From: Escherichia phage Lidtsur
Reading direction: 5' to 3' (one strand)
Length of the DNA: 42,291 nt
Sequence record: NC_048177.1
The first letter of the stretch is position 1. Each line of letters opens with the position of its first letter. Under the pieces are notes generated by a model, which saw only the letters and a list, made by a program, of their open reading frames with translations, did not search any database and had not been told where the DNA came from. Positions 16,014-24,579 of this stretch are shown here, piece by piece. A program made the translations under genes and the position numbers.

Positions 16014-16228
16014 GCAGGACACTGTACTCAGATAGTGTGGTGCAGCTCAAAGAGGACGGCCTCTCGATTGACTGGGAGGCTCGTACTCAGGTTGACCTGT
16101 ATCCCGATGGCACCGTCTGCATCTCGCAGGACGGAGAAGAAGTATGGCTCCCTTGGGCCTACGTCAAAGATATCATCTTTGCTTTAGAGGAAGCTCACGA
16201 TGCAACTGAAAGACACCGTGGTTGTTGA
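16010..16228 (+). CDS. hypothetical protein (72 aa), TTG start, doubtful
   Basis: Track ORF with non-ATG start overlapping both neighbours. Confidence 0.25.
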   Translation: MSRTLYSDSVVQLKEDGLSIDWEARTQVDLYPDGTVCISQDGEEVWLPWAYVKDIIFALEEAHDATERHRGC

Positions 16229-16715
16229 CCTTGATGGTACGCTGGCCGATGGCCGCTGGCGATTACACCTGATGCCGCCGCCTGAACGCCGCCACTTAGA
16301 CGAGGCTTGGGCTGAGTTCAATCTGGCTGGTATTGATGACCCGCCGTTTCAGGACACCATTGATATTGTGAACGCACTGGCCCTAACGTATCGCATTATC
16401 ATCCTGACCGGGCGCGGGGCTATTGCTCGTGAAGTAACTGAGCAGTGGCTTGAAGACAACGGCGTCGTTTATGACAAGCTCATCATGCGTGAGATTGGCG
16501 ATTGCCGTCAGGACACCGAGGTCAAGCGTACCGCGCTGGAAGACATTGGCCTCGACAACATCGTATGCGCATTCGACGACCTACCGCACATCGTTGACTT
16601 CATGCGCAGCCTTGGCCTGACCGTGTACGAGGTTACTCGCTATGAGGATGGCCACGATTATGTGCGTGCAAATGCCAAGTACAAAGATGGGGAGTATCAG
16701 GATGAGCAAGCGTAA
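16200..16715 (+). CDS. HAD-superfamily phosphatase
   Basis: HAD motif I VVVDLDGTL, motif II IIILTGR, C-terminal FDD; GAGGAA SD. Confidence 0.6.
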   Translation: MQLKDTVVVDLDGTLADGRWRLHLMPPPERRHLDEAWAEFNLAGIDDPPFQDTIDIVNALALTYRIIILTGRGAIAREVTEQWLEDNGVVYDKLIMREIGDCRQDTEVKRTALEDIGLDNIVCAFDDLPHIVDFMRSLGLTVYEVTRYEDGHDYVRANAKYKDGEYQDEQA

Positions 16716-17067
16716 TGAGGCAGCACCTGAAAACAAAGTAGCAGGTGGCCCCGGTGGTATGAAGTATGATGGCGGCAAGCCTCGCATGGCGCTGGTGTTC
16801 GACGGTATGCCACGAGCGCTGGAAGCTGTCGGGCAGGTGCTGACCTTCGGTGCTCAGAAGTATGCAGCTCATTCGTGGCAGACCGTGCCGGAAGGTGAGG
16901 AACGCTACAAGTCTGCGCTGCTGCGCCACCTGACGGCGGTTGGCCGGGGTGAGGAACTGGACAGTGAATCTGGCCTGCACCACCTCGCACATGCAGCGTG
17001 CAACGCGCTGTTCATTCTGGAACTGGAACTGAGGAAACGTGATGAGTCGTTATCAAAAAGCAATTGA
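16702..17067 (+). CDS. hypothetical protein, possibly nucleotide diphosphohydrolase-like N-terminal domain
   Basis: Internal ATG after GGGGAG; MKYDGGKPRMALVF...VLTFGAQKYAAHSWQ matches from memory a phage domain annotated as dATP/dGTP diphosphohydrolase N-terminal; unverified. Confidence 0.4.
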   Translation: MSKRNEAAPENKVAGGPGGMKYDGGKPRMALVFDGMPRALEAVGQVLTFGAQKYAAHSWQTVPEGEERYKSALLRHLTAVGRGEELDSESGLHHLAHAACNALFILELELRKRDESLSKSN

Positions 17068-17308
17068 AGACACAGTGTTAGACCAGAAAGAGTGCGCTGC
17101 CTGCCACGGCAGTGGCACCTTCACGGGCATGACTATCCGGCATGAAATCGTGCAGATGGAGTGTGAAGCCTGTGGTGGTACTGGTACGTGTGACTCCCTG
17201 CTGCAACTCTCTGTGCTGCGCGATTTAGGTATGCGCAAACGTGTTGAGCCGGGTTACGCCGAACCAACATTCATTGATGTGCCGAACAACAAAGACGATT
17301 ACGAGTAA
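17042..17308 (+). CDS. small zinc-ribbon protein (88 aa)
   Basis: Two CxxC pairs (CAACHGSG, CEACGG); GAGGA SD. Confidence 0.45.
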   Translation: MSRYQKAIEDTVLDQKECAACHGSGTFTGMTIRHEIVQMECEACGGTGTCDSLLQLSVLRDLGMRKRVEPGYAEPTFIDVPNNKDDYE

Positions 17309-17314
17309 GGGGAT

Positions 17315-19747
17315 ATGATGGATTTGCTGGCAGAACAGATTCGACTGGAAGAAGAAGCCCGCGCACGCCATCGCGCGGGGTGGTTAGACAACATCAAAGC
17401 AGCGATGGATGAAGGGCGGGCATCGGCTGTGCCGCTGTTGCAGCGTGCAATGGTTAAGGCTTATCCGACTGTCGAAGCAGCTATGCAGGAAATCCTGAAT
17501 GAGAATACTCGCGGCTTTGGTGCGCAGTACCGGACGCACATGCGGGAGATTGGGGTGAAGACCTGCGCTACTCTGGCGCTCAGCATGGCAATGTCAGGGG
17601 CGGTAGAGAAGGTCGCTGTTACGCAGCACCTACGCAGCATGGGGCAGGCTCTAATGGCTGAGGTGGTGTACCACAAAGCCTCAGCCAGAGGTGCGCGTGA
17701 AGCGGCTTACATGCAGCGTGTGGGGCAAGACGTTAAGCGCTCCAAGTCGAAGTCTCCCAATCACATCTACAACAAGGCCCGCGCATCGGCGGCTAACGTT
17801 GGGGTGCACATGGATGTGTTGCCTCAGCGTGCGCTCATCACAATCGGTAAGATGATGATGCGTGCAGTCGAACCAACAGGTCTGGTCAAGACTATCCGTA
17901 TCGGTGGCAGCGCCAGACAGCGTGGCACTGCACACTTCGCTCTGCATGATGATGTGATTATCATGCTCAACGACTGGATTAAGCTGCCCGATATGACAGT
18001 AGGCTGCTACCCAGTGATGATTATCCCGCCTGCGGAAATTAATCCCAATGGGCTTGGTGGTATGTGGCACTCTCCGGGGCAGGCGGCGACGTATCAGGCA
18101 ATCAGCCGACTGCGCCACAAAGAGTACCGCGCTCAGAAGGTAGACCCGCTACCCATTATCGAGCCGTGTATGATGCTCAGTGGCACGCCGTTCCGTATCA
18201 ATAAGATGGTGCTGGAGTTCCTACAAAACAACCACACTGGCGTTATGGGCCTGCCTGCTGCGCCAGTGGAACCTAAGCTGCCATTCACAATCCCGGAAGG
18301 TGTGAGCTTTGCTCAGTACATCAGCAGGTTCCCGCCTGAAATGCAGCAGAGGATGGACGCTGAGGCGCATGAATTTAAGGTTAAAACCCGCATGTACCAT
18401 AATGAGTACCGCAGGTTTACAACCAAGGTGCAGGCGCTCGGAAGTGCGCTGGCTGAGGCTAAGCGCTACTGTGCATACGAGCGTATCTACCTGCCGACAT
18501 ACGCCGACACTCGTGGCCGAATCTACTACGCATCGTCTCTGAATCCTCAAGGTATCGACGCAATAAGGGCGCTGCTAGAATTAGCCGACGCTGTGCCGCT
18601 TGGCAGTGAAGGGTTGTTCTGGCTGAAAGTGCATGTGGCCAACTGCTTCGGCTATGACGCCACTGACTTTGAAGACCGGGCGGCTTGGACTGACAAGACC
18701 CTGCCAAGACTTCGTGAAGCCTGCCGACTGCCGGAGGCTTACGACTCATTCTGGTCTGAGGCCGATAGTCCTCTGTGTGCATGGGCAGCTTCTGTAGAGC
18801 TGGTGCGTGCGCTGGATAGCGGCAACCCGGAAGAGTACCCGTGCCGCGTTGTTACGCAGTGGGATGCAACTTGCTCAGGTCTACAGCACCTGTCGGCTAT
18901 GCTCCGTGATGAGGTGGGCGGTGCTGCCGTCAACCTGATTAACTCGCCGGGGCGCAAAGCCGATATCTACCTCAAGACTGCTGACGCAGCAATGGCAGCA
19001 CTGCGCGAGTCTGAGGCATCCTGCAAGACTGAGCTGGGGCAGTGGCTGTTGAAGATTGGCATCCAGCGTGCGATGGCCAAGAAGCCTGTAATGACCTACG
19101 TTTACGGGGCAACCCGCCACGGTATGGTTGATTACTATGCCCTGTACCTGCGCGAGAACAACATCCCATTGCCTCCCGGACACAGCCTGTTCGAGTGTGC
19201 GATGTTCATTGCCGGGATTATGTGGGACGCTATACCGCGAGTGGTTCCTAAAGCGGCAGAGCTTATGGCTTGGTTGCAATCTCTGGCGACTATGGTGGCA
19301 GAGAAAGGAGAGTACGTTGAGGTGATAGCTCCGTCAGGCTTACGGATGGTTAATCTGTATCAGGCTTCGAAAGAGGCAGCTATGGGCCTGAACCTAATGG
19401 GTGTGCACGGCATTAAGATTAGGGAATGGCTGGATAAGCCGGACTCCCGTAAGTGTGCAGCAGCTATCTCACCCAACTTTGTGCACGCTATGGATGCCAG
19501 CCACATGATGAAAGTGCTGTGGGAAATGTGGAATAACGGGGTTTACATGGTGTCTATCCATGACTCCTTCGGCGTTGCGGCAGCACACGCTGGGCTGTTG
19601 CACAGAGTCATCCGTGAAAAATTCGTGCAGATGTACGAGGAACATGACCCTATTCAGCAACTTGCTGAAAGATATGGTGTTGAGCCTCCGGCTAAAGGCC
19701 AGTTGGATATCAAAGAGGTGCTGAAATCTACCAAGTTTTTCTGCTGA
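17315..19747 (+). CDS. single-subunit DNA-dependent RNA polymerase (T7-like)
   Basis: WDATCSGLQH (motif A), AKKPVMTYVYGATRHG (motif B) and VSIHDSFGV (motif C) parallel T7 RNAP catalytic motifs; 810 aa. Confidence 0.9.
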   Translation: MMDLLAEQIRLEEEARARHRAGWLDNIKAAMDEGRASAVPLLQRAMVKAYPTVEAAMQEILNENTRGFGAQYRTHMREIGVKTCATLALSMAMSGAVEKVAVTQHLRSMGQALMAEVVYHKASARGAREAAYMQRVGQDVKRSKSKSPNHIYNKARASAANVGVHMDVLPQRALITIGKMMMRAVEPTGLVKTIRIGGSARQRGTAHFALHDDVIIMLNDWIKLPDMTVGCYPVMIIPPAEINPNGLGGMWHSPGQAATYQAISRLRHKEYRAQKVDPLPIIEPCMMLSGTPFRINKMVLEFLQNNHTGVMGLPAAPVEPKLPFTIPEGVSFAQYISRFPPEMQQRMDAEAHEFKVKTRMYHNEYRRFTTKVQALGSALAEAKRYCAYERIYLPTYADTRGRIYYASSLNPQGIDAIRALLELADAVPLGSEGLFWLKVHVANCFGYDATDFEDRAAWTDKTLPRLREACRLPEAYDSFWSEADSPLCAWAASVELVRALDSGNPEEYPCRVVTQWDATCSGLQHLSAMLRDEVGGAAVNLINSPGRKADIYLKTADAAMAALRESEASCKTELGQWLLKIGIQRAMAKKPVMTYVYGATRHGMVDYYALYLRENNIPLPPGHSLFECAMFIAGIMWDAIPRVVPKAAELMAWLQSLATMVAEKGEYVEVIAPSGLRMVNLYQASKEAAMGLNLMGVHGIKIREWLDKPDSRKCAAAISPNFVHAMDASHMMKVLWEMWNNGVYMVSIHDSFGVAAAHAGLLHRVIREKFVQMYEEHDPIQQLAERYGVEPPAKGQLDIKEVLKSTKFFC

Positions 19748-19832
19748 AAAAAGTGTTATATTCTATTGACTTAAATGAAAGTAACTGAAAGTGGTATACC
19801 CTGTATGATTATCATCATTGAGAGAGTGACTC
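19748..19832 (+). promoter_or_regulatory. intergenic region between RNAP and late genes; candidate phage-RNAP late promoter
   Basis: One of only two non-coding gaps in the late half; AT-rich with TTGACT and GGTATACC elements; promoter consensus not determinable from one genome. Confidence 0.3.
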
Positions 19833-20015
19833 ATGAAAGAATCTCCAGTTGATAGAGTAACCTTCAACAAAGCTCAGTTAGCTTACCTTGAGAAACGGTT
19901 CGGTACGTGGTCTGATGTAGGTAAGACGATAGTACCAGAGACAAACCTGACTCAGCTCAATAGGGAAGCAGGTAAGCAAGAGGTGCTGGACTGTATCCGT
20001 GAGAGGACAGTGTAA
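19833..20015 (+). CDS. hypothetical protein (60 aa)
   Basis: Track ORF; GAGAGAG SD. Confidence 0.4.
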   Translation: MKESPVDRVTFNKAQLAYLEKRFGTWSDVGKTIVPETNLTQLNREAGKQEVLDCIRERTV

Positions 20016-20434
20016 TGAGAGTGACTGCTAAGGATAACCTACAACACACAACGATGCCTCTCGATATTAGGGAGGCTGTAGCTCAAGGTATTCAGCATGA
20101 GAGAACATGGTCTGACTTGCCTTGCGATGTGATTGTGGAAGAGATGTACAAAGCAACAGCCAACGGTTGCACAGATGTGTATGTCACAGATGATGACGAT
20201 TCACTGATGGGTGTAGCTCACATCGGTCAACTGTTCGATATCCATGTCGGCGATATGGCTGTAGTGATGGCCTCCTATGTGTGGCCTCAGTATCGTAATC
20301 GCGGAGTGATGCGTGCCATTCTCCGCGAGTTGAAGAAAGCTGCCCGCAGAGCCGGGTTGCGCTGGTGCGGTTACTCCCACATGGTACGTCCTTATGTTCA
20401 GGAGTACCGCTTTATTGATTTGGAGAAACCGTAA
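20015..20434 (+). CDS. hypothetical protein with weak GNAT acetyltransferase-like motif
   Basis: VWPQYRNRGVMRAILREL resembles the acetyl-CoA-binding motif A of GNAT enzymes; weak. Confidence 0.35.
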   Translation: MRVTAKDNLQHTTMPLDIREAVAQGIQHERTWSDLPCDVIVEEMYKATANGCTDVYVTDDDDSLMGVAHIGQLFDIHVGDMAVVMASYVWPQYRNRGVMRAILRELKKAARRAGLRWCGYSHMVRPYVQEYRFIDLEKP

Positions 20435-20694
20435 TGGGCGCAGTTAAAAGCGTATTCAAGGGCATTGGCTCCGTCTTCGGACTGGGTAGCCAAGCGCCGA
20501 AGTACACCATCAAGACAGACCCGCAGCAGGTAGCAGCGCAGACTATGCAAGCTAACTTGGCTGCCGACCTGTCTAACCAGAACACCCCCACGATTGAGTC
20601 TGGCGGTCAGGTCAGCTCTGCTTCTGATACGCTGTCTGCACGCCGCCGCCGTACAGGTACAGGTGTTGCAAGCAATCTTGGAATCGGGAGCTAA
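20434..20694 (+). CDS. hypothetical, possibly virion-associated protein (86 aa)
   Basis: Gly-rich N-terminus; immediately upstream of portal gene. Confidence 0.45.
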   Translation: MGAVKSVFKGIGSVFGLGSQAPKYTIKTDPQQVAAQTMQANLAADLSNQNTPTIESGGQVSSASDTLSARRRRTGTGVASNLGIGS

Positions 20695-20696
20695 GC

Positions 20697-22262
20697 ATGG
20701 TTCAAGACGCGCAGAACGTCAGCTATGAGTCTCTGTGGCAGAAGTACCGGGATAGCAACGTTGTCACCAAAGCGCGAGAGTACAGCCGATACACGCTGGC
20801 CAAACTGGTTAGCGAGTACGACCGCTCTGACGTTGACGATGTAAACCGCCAGCAGGTCACTCGTGACTACCAATCTGTGGGCGCTCTGCTCGTCAACAAC
20901 CTTGTCGCTCGACTCGGTGAGTTTCTGTTCCCGGCATCTGCCCGGTTCGTAAAGCTGAAATTAAACAAAGTCACTGATGCCATGCGGCAGAAAATGTCGC
21001 AGGTCAATCAGGCTTTAATCACTATTGAGAAAGCCATCGTCGATAAAGCTAAAGAGAACGGTGGCTATGCAGACCTACTGCAAACACTAGCCCAGCAAGC
21101 AGTCACTGGTAACGCCGCGCTGTACCGCGATATGGAAACTGGTTCGTACCGAGTGTACGGATTGGAATCCTTCGTGGTGCAGCGCGACGGTCGTGGCGTT
21201 GTTACGGACGCGATTATCAAAGAGCGCCTGCAATGGGACTCCCTGCCAAAAGACTTTCAGAACATGCTGAACGCCAAGGGATTCCGTTGTGGTGGCAACA
21301 AGCGTGTGTGGCTTTATACCCGCGTGCTCCGCGTCCAGAAGGAAAGTGGCAAGTACGGTTATGAGATTACCCAGCAGATTGGTAACTACCAAGGCTGCGT
21401 CTATACCCCCGGTAAAGATTACTACCCTGAAAAAGTATGCCCTTGGTTATTCCCAGTGTGGTCTTTGAAGTCTGGCGAGCATTATGGTCGCGGGATTGTC
21501 GAAGACCACGCTGGGGATTTCGCACGTCTGTCGCTTCTGTCTGAGCACAGCGCACTGTACATGCAAGAAGCCTTGCGCGTGCTGTGGCTGATGACTGGCT
21601 CTGGCGGCAACGCTGACGATATCGAGAACGCTGAGACAGGGCAGGTGGTTCCACTCCAGAGCGGCACAACGCTGGCTGGCTTGGAGGTCGGGGATTACAA
21701 CAAAGTTCAGCAGGCTCGTGACGAAATCAACCAGATTGTGCAGCGACTCGCGCAAGCGTTCATGTACACTGGCGAGTTCCGTGATTCCGAGCGTACCACC
21801 GCAACCGAAGTGCAGCAGGTAGCAACCAGCGCCGAGCGCGGGTTAGGTGGGCCATACTCCATGCAGGCTAAGACGCTCCAGATTCCTCTGGCATACGTCC
21901 TGCTCGCCGAACTGGATGAGGCAAACGTACCTGACATTGTGGGCGACGTACTTTCGCTTCAAGTTGAAGCAGGCTTAGACGCCCTCGGTCGCAGTATCGA
22001 GGCAGAGACGCTCATTCGTGCGTTGACTGACTCGCAGGCAGCAATGGTTGCTGTCCAAAATATCAACACGGTAGCGAACGTGATTGACCCTCAGCAGGTG
22101 CTGGAGACAATCTTCGCTTCTAATGGCGTTGCGCTGGATGACTATCGTAAATCCGCACAAGACTTGGCCAATGAAGGTCAGGCAATCGACAATGCAGCAG
22201 CCGCTGCCGCTGGCGTACAGCCCGGTGTAGTCGATACCGCGCCCAACGTCTCACAGATTTAA
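20697..22262 (+). CDS. head-tail connector (portal) protein
   Basis: 521 aa ORF immediately upstream of scaffold and capsid, matching T7 gp8 in size and position; GGGAG SD. Confidence 0.75.
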   Translation: MVQDAQNVSYESLWQKYRDSNVVTKAREYSRYTLAKLVSEYDRSDVDDVNRQQVTRDYQSVGALLVNNLVARLGEFLFPASARFVKLKLNKVTDAMRQKMSQVNQALITIEKAIVDKAKENGGYADLLQTLAQQAVTGNAALYRDMETGSYRVYGLESFVVQRDGRGVVTDAIIKERLQWDSLPKDFQNMLNAKGFRCGGNKRVWLYTRVLRVQKESGKYGYEITQQIGNYQGCVYTPGKDYYPEKVCPWLFPVWSLKSGEHYGRGIVEDHAGDFARLSLLSEHSALYMQEALRVLWLMTGSGGNADDIENAETGQVVPLQSGTTLAGLEVGDYNKVQQARDEINQIVQRLAQAFMYTGEFRDSERTTATEVQQVATSAERGLGGPYSMQAKTLQIPLAYVLLAELDEANVPDIVGDVLSLQVEAGLDALGRSIEAETLIRALTDSQAAMVAVQNINTVANVIDPQQVLETIFASNGVALDDYRKSAQDLANEGQAIDNAAAAAAGVQPGVVDTAPNVSQI

Positions 22263-22274
22263 TTTGGAGATTAC

Positions 22275-23510
22275 ATGACTGGTGAATACCAACCTACTGC
22301 CGCACACGCTCCCCAAAACGTACCCGCTGGCCCGACCTATACTCCCTCTGGTCACGGCGGTGCTGATTATGCTGGCGGCGGCCAAGTGGTACAGAACCCA
22401 GCGCTCGGACGCTTAGGCACTCCGATTGAACTTCCTCGCGGCGGCGCTACTCCGCAGCCGCAGGTTCCGTTCGCGCAACCGGGCCTGCTCCCGAATCAGG
22501 AGTACAACCCGTATGCACCACAACCACAGGGCAATCCATCTCCATACGCGCCTAGCCAGCAAGCCAACCCTTATGGCCCAGCGCAGATGCAAAGCCCTTA
22601 TGCGGCTCCGCCTATTCCGGTTAATGGGTATCCGCAACCGGGCGTCACGCCTCCGGGCCAAGTCGCTCCGGCGCAGCAGTTCCAGCAGCCGCAGGTAGCT
22701 CCGCAGCCTTACGCTTTCGACCCATATGGTCGCCAGCCACAGCCGCAGCAGCAACAGCAGCCGCAACCATTCCAGCAGCTACAGCAGCCTCAGCAGCAGC
22801 CACAGCAGCAGAAGCCTCAGATTCAGCCAGTGCTGGCTAATCAGAACCTGACGGCTGATAAGTTGGCACAGCAGGAGGGTGGCCTGACGCCGGAGCAGGT
22901 TGCACAGATTTTCCCTGACCAAACCAGTCAGGCAGTATTCCAAGGGATGGACACAATCGCTCGCGGTCATAACATCGACCTGCTGGCAGCGTTCGGTAGT
23001 GCGTACGAACGTCGTGACCCTACCCTCGTGAATGAGCGTTATCTTGCCCAGTTCGACCCGCAGACTGTTCAGATTTTGAAAGGCCAGTTCAGCGCGTTAG
23101 TAGCGGCAGGTGAGGCTCGTGATGCTCAGATTGAGCAGCAAGTCTACCAGATGGCTGGTGGTGAGCAGCGTTGGAATCTCGCGGTACAGGCATTCAATAC
23201 CGCAGCCGACAAGTCCACCATTGAGGCCGTCATCGCCGCCGTAAACTCCGGCGACCCGAATCAGGTTCATCTTGCCGTGAACACTATCCTCCAGTTCGTC
23301 GGCAAGCAAGGCAACATGATTCAGCGTAGTGGTCAAAGTTTGACTCCCGGTGGTGGAGGCCAAGCACCTCAAGAGGTGATGACCAACGAGGCGTTTCGCC
23401 AACACTTAACGTGGCTTGAGCAGGCATTCCCTGTTGGCTCTCCGCAGTACAACCAGCATTACAACGTACTGGTAGAGCAACGGAAGCAGGCTAAGGCATT
23501 GGGTTACTAA
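22275..23510 (+). CDS. scaffolding protein with extended Pro/Gln-rich low-complexity N-terminal half
   Basis: Between portal and capsid; residues ~50-185 are P/Q/Y-rich (QPQPQQQQQPQPFQQLQQPQQQPQQQ). Confidence 0.6.
   Translation: MTGEYQPTAAHAPQNVPAGPTYTPSGHGGADYAGGGQVVQNPALGRLGTPIELPRGGATPQPQVPFAQPGLLPNQEYNPYAPQPQGNPSPYAPSQQANPYGPAQMQSPYAAPPIPVNGYPQPGVTPPGQVAPAQQFQQPQVAPQPYAFDPYGRQPQPQQQQQPQPFQQLQQPQQQPQQQKPQIQPVLANQNLTADKLAQQEGGLTPEQVAQIFPDQTSQAVFQGMDTIARGHNIDLLAAFGSAYERRDPTLVNERYLAQFDPQTVQILKGQFSALVAAGEARDAQIEQQVYQMAGGEQRWNLAVQAFNTAADKSTIEAVIAAVNSGDPNQVHLAVNTILQFVGKQGNMIQRSGQSLTPGGGGQAPQEVMTNEAFRQHLTWLEQAFPVGSPQYNQHYNVLVEQRKQAKALGY
22735..22822 (+). repeat. CAG/CCG-rich simple-sequence tract inside scaffolding gene
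   Basis: cagcagcaacagcagccgcaacc...cagcagcctcagcagcagccacagcagcag encodes the poly-Q/P segment. Confidence 0.7.
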
Positions 23511-23530
23511 TTTCTTCGTAAGGATTTCAC

Positions 23531-24523
23531 ATGGCCGACAACTACTATCAGCCGAATCAGTTCCGTCCACACTGGGGTGGCGCGAACTCTGATAACGACA
23601 TTCACCTTGAGGTGTATGACCGTGATGTTCAGACCCAGTTCATCTACAACTCCATCTTCCGTTCCGGCCTGACCAACTTCAAGTCTGTGGCTAACCAGTC
23701 CAACACTTGGCGTGGCGACCGCCTCGGCTCCGTGACCGTCAAAGGTCGTAAGTCTGGTCAGTCTCTGGAGAACCAGCCAGTTCGCTCCGAGAAGCTGATT
23801 GTCACTGTTGATACGGTGTCTTATATCCGTATCCCGATTGACTATCAGGACGACTGGACTGCGCCGGACTTCCGTGCTGAGCTGACCCGTAACATGGGTA
23901 CATCTCAGGCGAAAGCGTTCGACCAAGCGCACGTCATCCAGCTCCAGAAGTCTGCTGACTTCGTACCGCCTGCATCTCTGGCTGGTGCGTTCAACGCAGG
24001 CATCAAGGAGAAAGTGACGCTGACTGGTACTGTAGCTTCTGAGGAAGACGACGCCAGCGCACTGGTTCACGGTCACAAGAAAGTGATTGAGGCATTCATC
24101 CGCCGCGACGCAGACCTTGGCCGTCTGGTTACGCTGATTGACCCGGCGTGGTTCAGCATTCTGCTGGAGCACAAGAAACTGATGAACGTTGAGTTCACTG
24201 GTGGCCGTGGCGTCAACGACTTCGCTATGCGCCGCGTAGCTTACGTCAACGGCGTACGCCTGATTGAGAGCAACGCTTTCCCGCAGGCTGCAATCACTGA
24301 CCACATTCTCGGCCCTGACTTCAACGTCACCGCTGAGGAAGTGAAGCGTAAGATGATTATCTTCGACCCGTCTCTGGCGCTGGTCACTGTCGAAGCCCAA
24401 CCGCTGTTCAACCGCGTGTGGGATGACGAACGTGAGATGACCAACGTACTGGACAGCTTCCACATGTACACCGTGGGTCAGAAGCGTCCTGACGTGGTTG
24501 GTGTAGTCACCACCGAAGCCTAA
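23531..24523 (+). CDS. major capsid protein
   Basis: 330 aa ORF following scaffold gene, T7 gp10-like size and position; followed by a hairpin. Confidence 0.8.
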   Translation: MADNYYQPNQFRPHWGGANSDNDIHLEVYDRDVQTQFIYNSIFRSGLTNFKSVANQSNTWRGDRLGSVTVKGRKSGQSLENQPVRSEKLIVTVDTVSYIRIPIDYQDDWTAPDFRAELTRNMGTSQAKAFDQAHVIQLQKSADFVPPASLAGAFNAGIKEKVTLTGTVASEEDDASALVHGHKKVIEAFIRRDADLGRLVTLIDPAWFSILLEHKKLMNVEFTGGRGVNDFAMRRVAYVNGVRLIESNAFPQAAITDHILGPDFNVTAEEVKRKMIIFDPSLALVTVEAQPLFNRVWDDEREMTNVLDSFHMYTVGQKRPDVVGVVTTEA

Positions 24524-24533
24524 TGGCAAACTC

Positions 24534-24557
24534 GAAGCCCTTCGCAAGAGGGGCTTC
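24534..24557 (+). terminator. stem-loop downstream of capsid gene (GAAGCCC-10nt-GGGCTTC)
   Basis: 7-bp GC-rich inverted repeat 11 nt after the capsid stop; position parallels the T7 post-capsid terminator; no strong U-tract. Confidence 0.35.
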
Positions 24558-24579
24558 TATGATTGTCACTGGAGGTTTT

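Noticed and set aside
16702-17067. DNA ligase, suggested by the KYDGGK sequence resembling ligase adenylation motif KxDG
   Set aside because: The protein is only 121 aa, far too short for an ATP-dependent ligase, and the surrounding sequence fits a different phage domain pattern.
22413-22766. Arg/Leu-rich ORFs on both strands inside the scaffolding gene
   Set aside because: Produced by alternative-frame reading of the CAG/CCG repeat tract; no independent start signals.
23531-24523. Programmed frameshift extension of the capsid gene (as in T7 10A/10B)
   Set aside because: No slippery heptamer near the capsid stop, and the downstream alternative frames run straight into the hairpin and the tail tubular A start.
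23507-24547. 346-aa minus-strand ORF antisense to the major capsid gene
   Set aside because: Completely overlaps a confidently placed + strand structural gene; no ribosome-binding context; long antisense frames are expected in GC-rich coding sequence.
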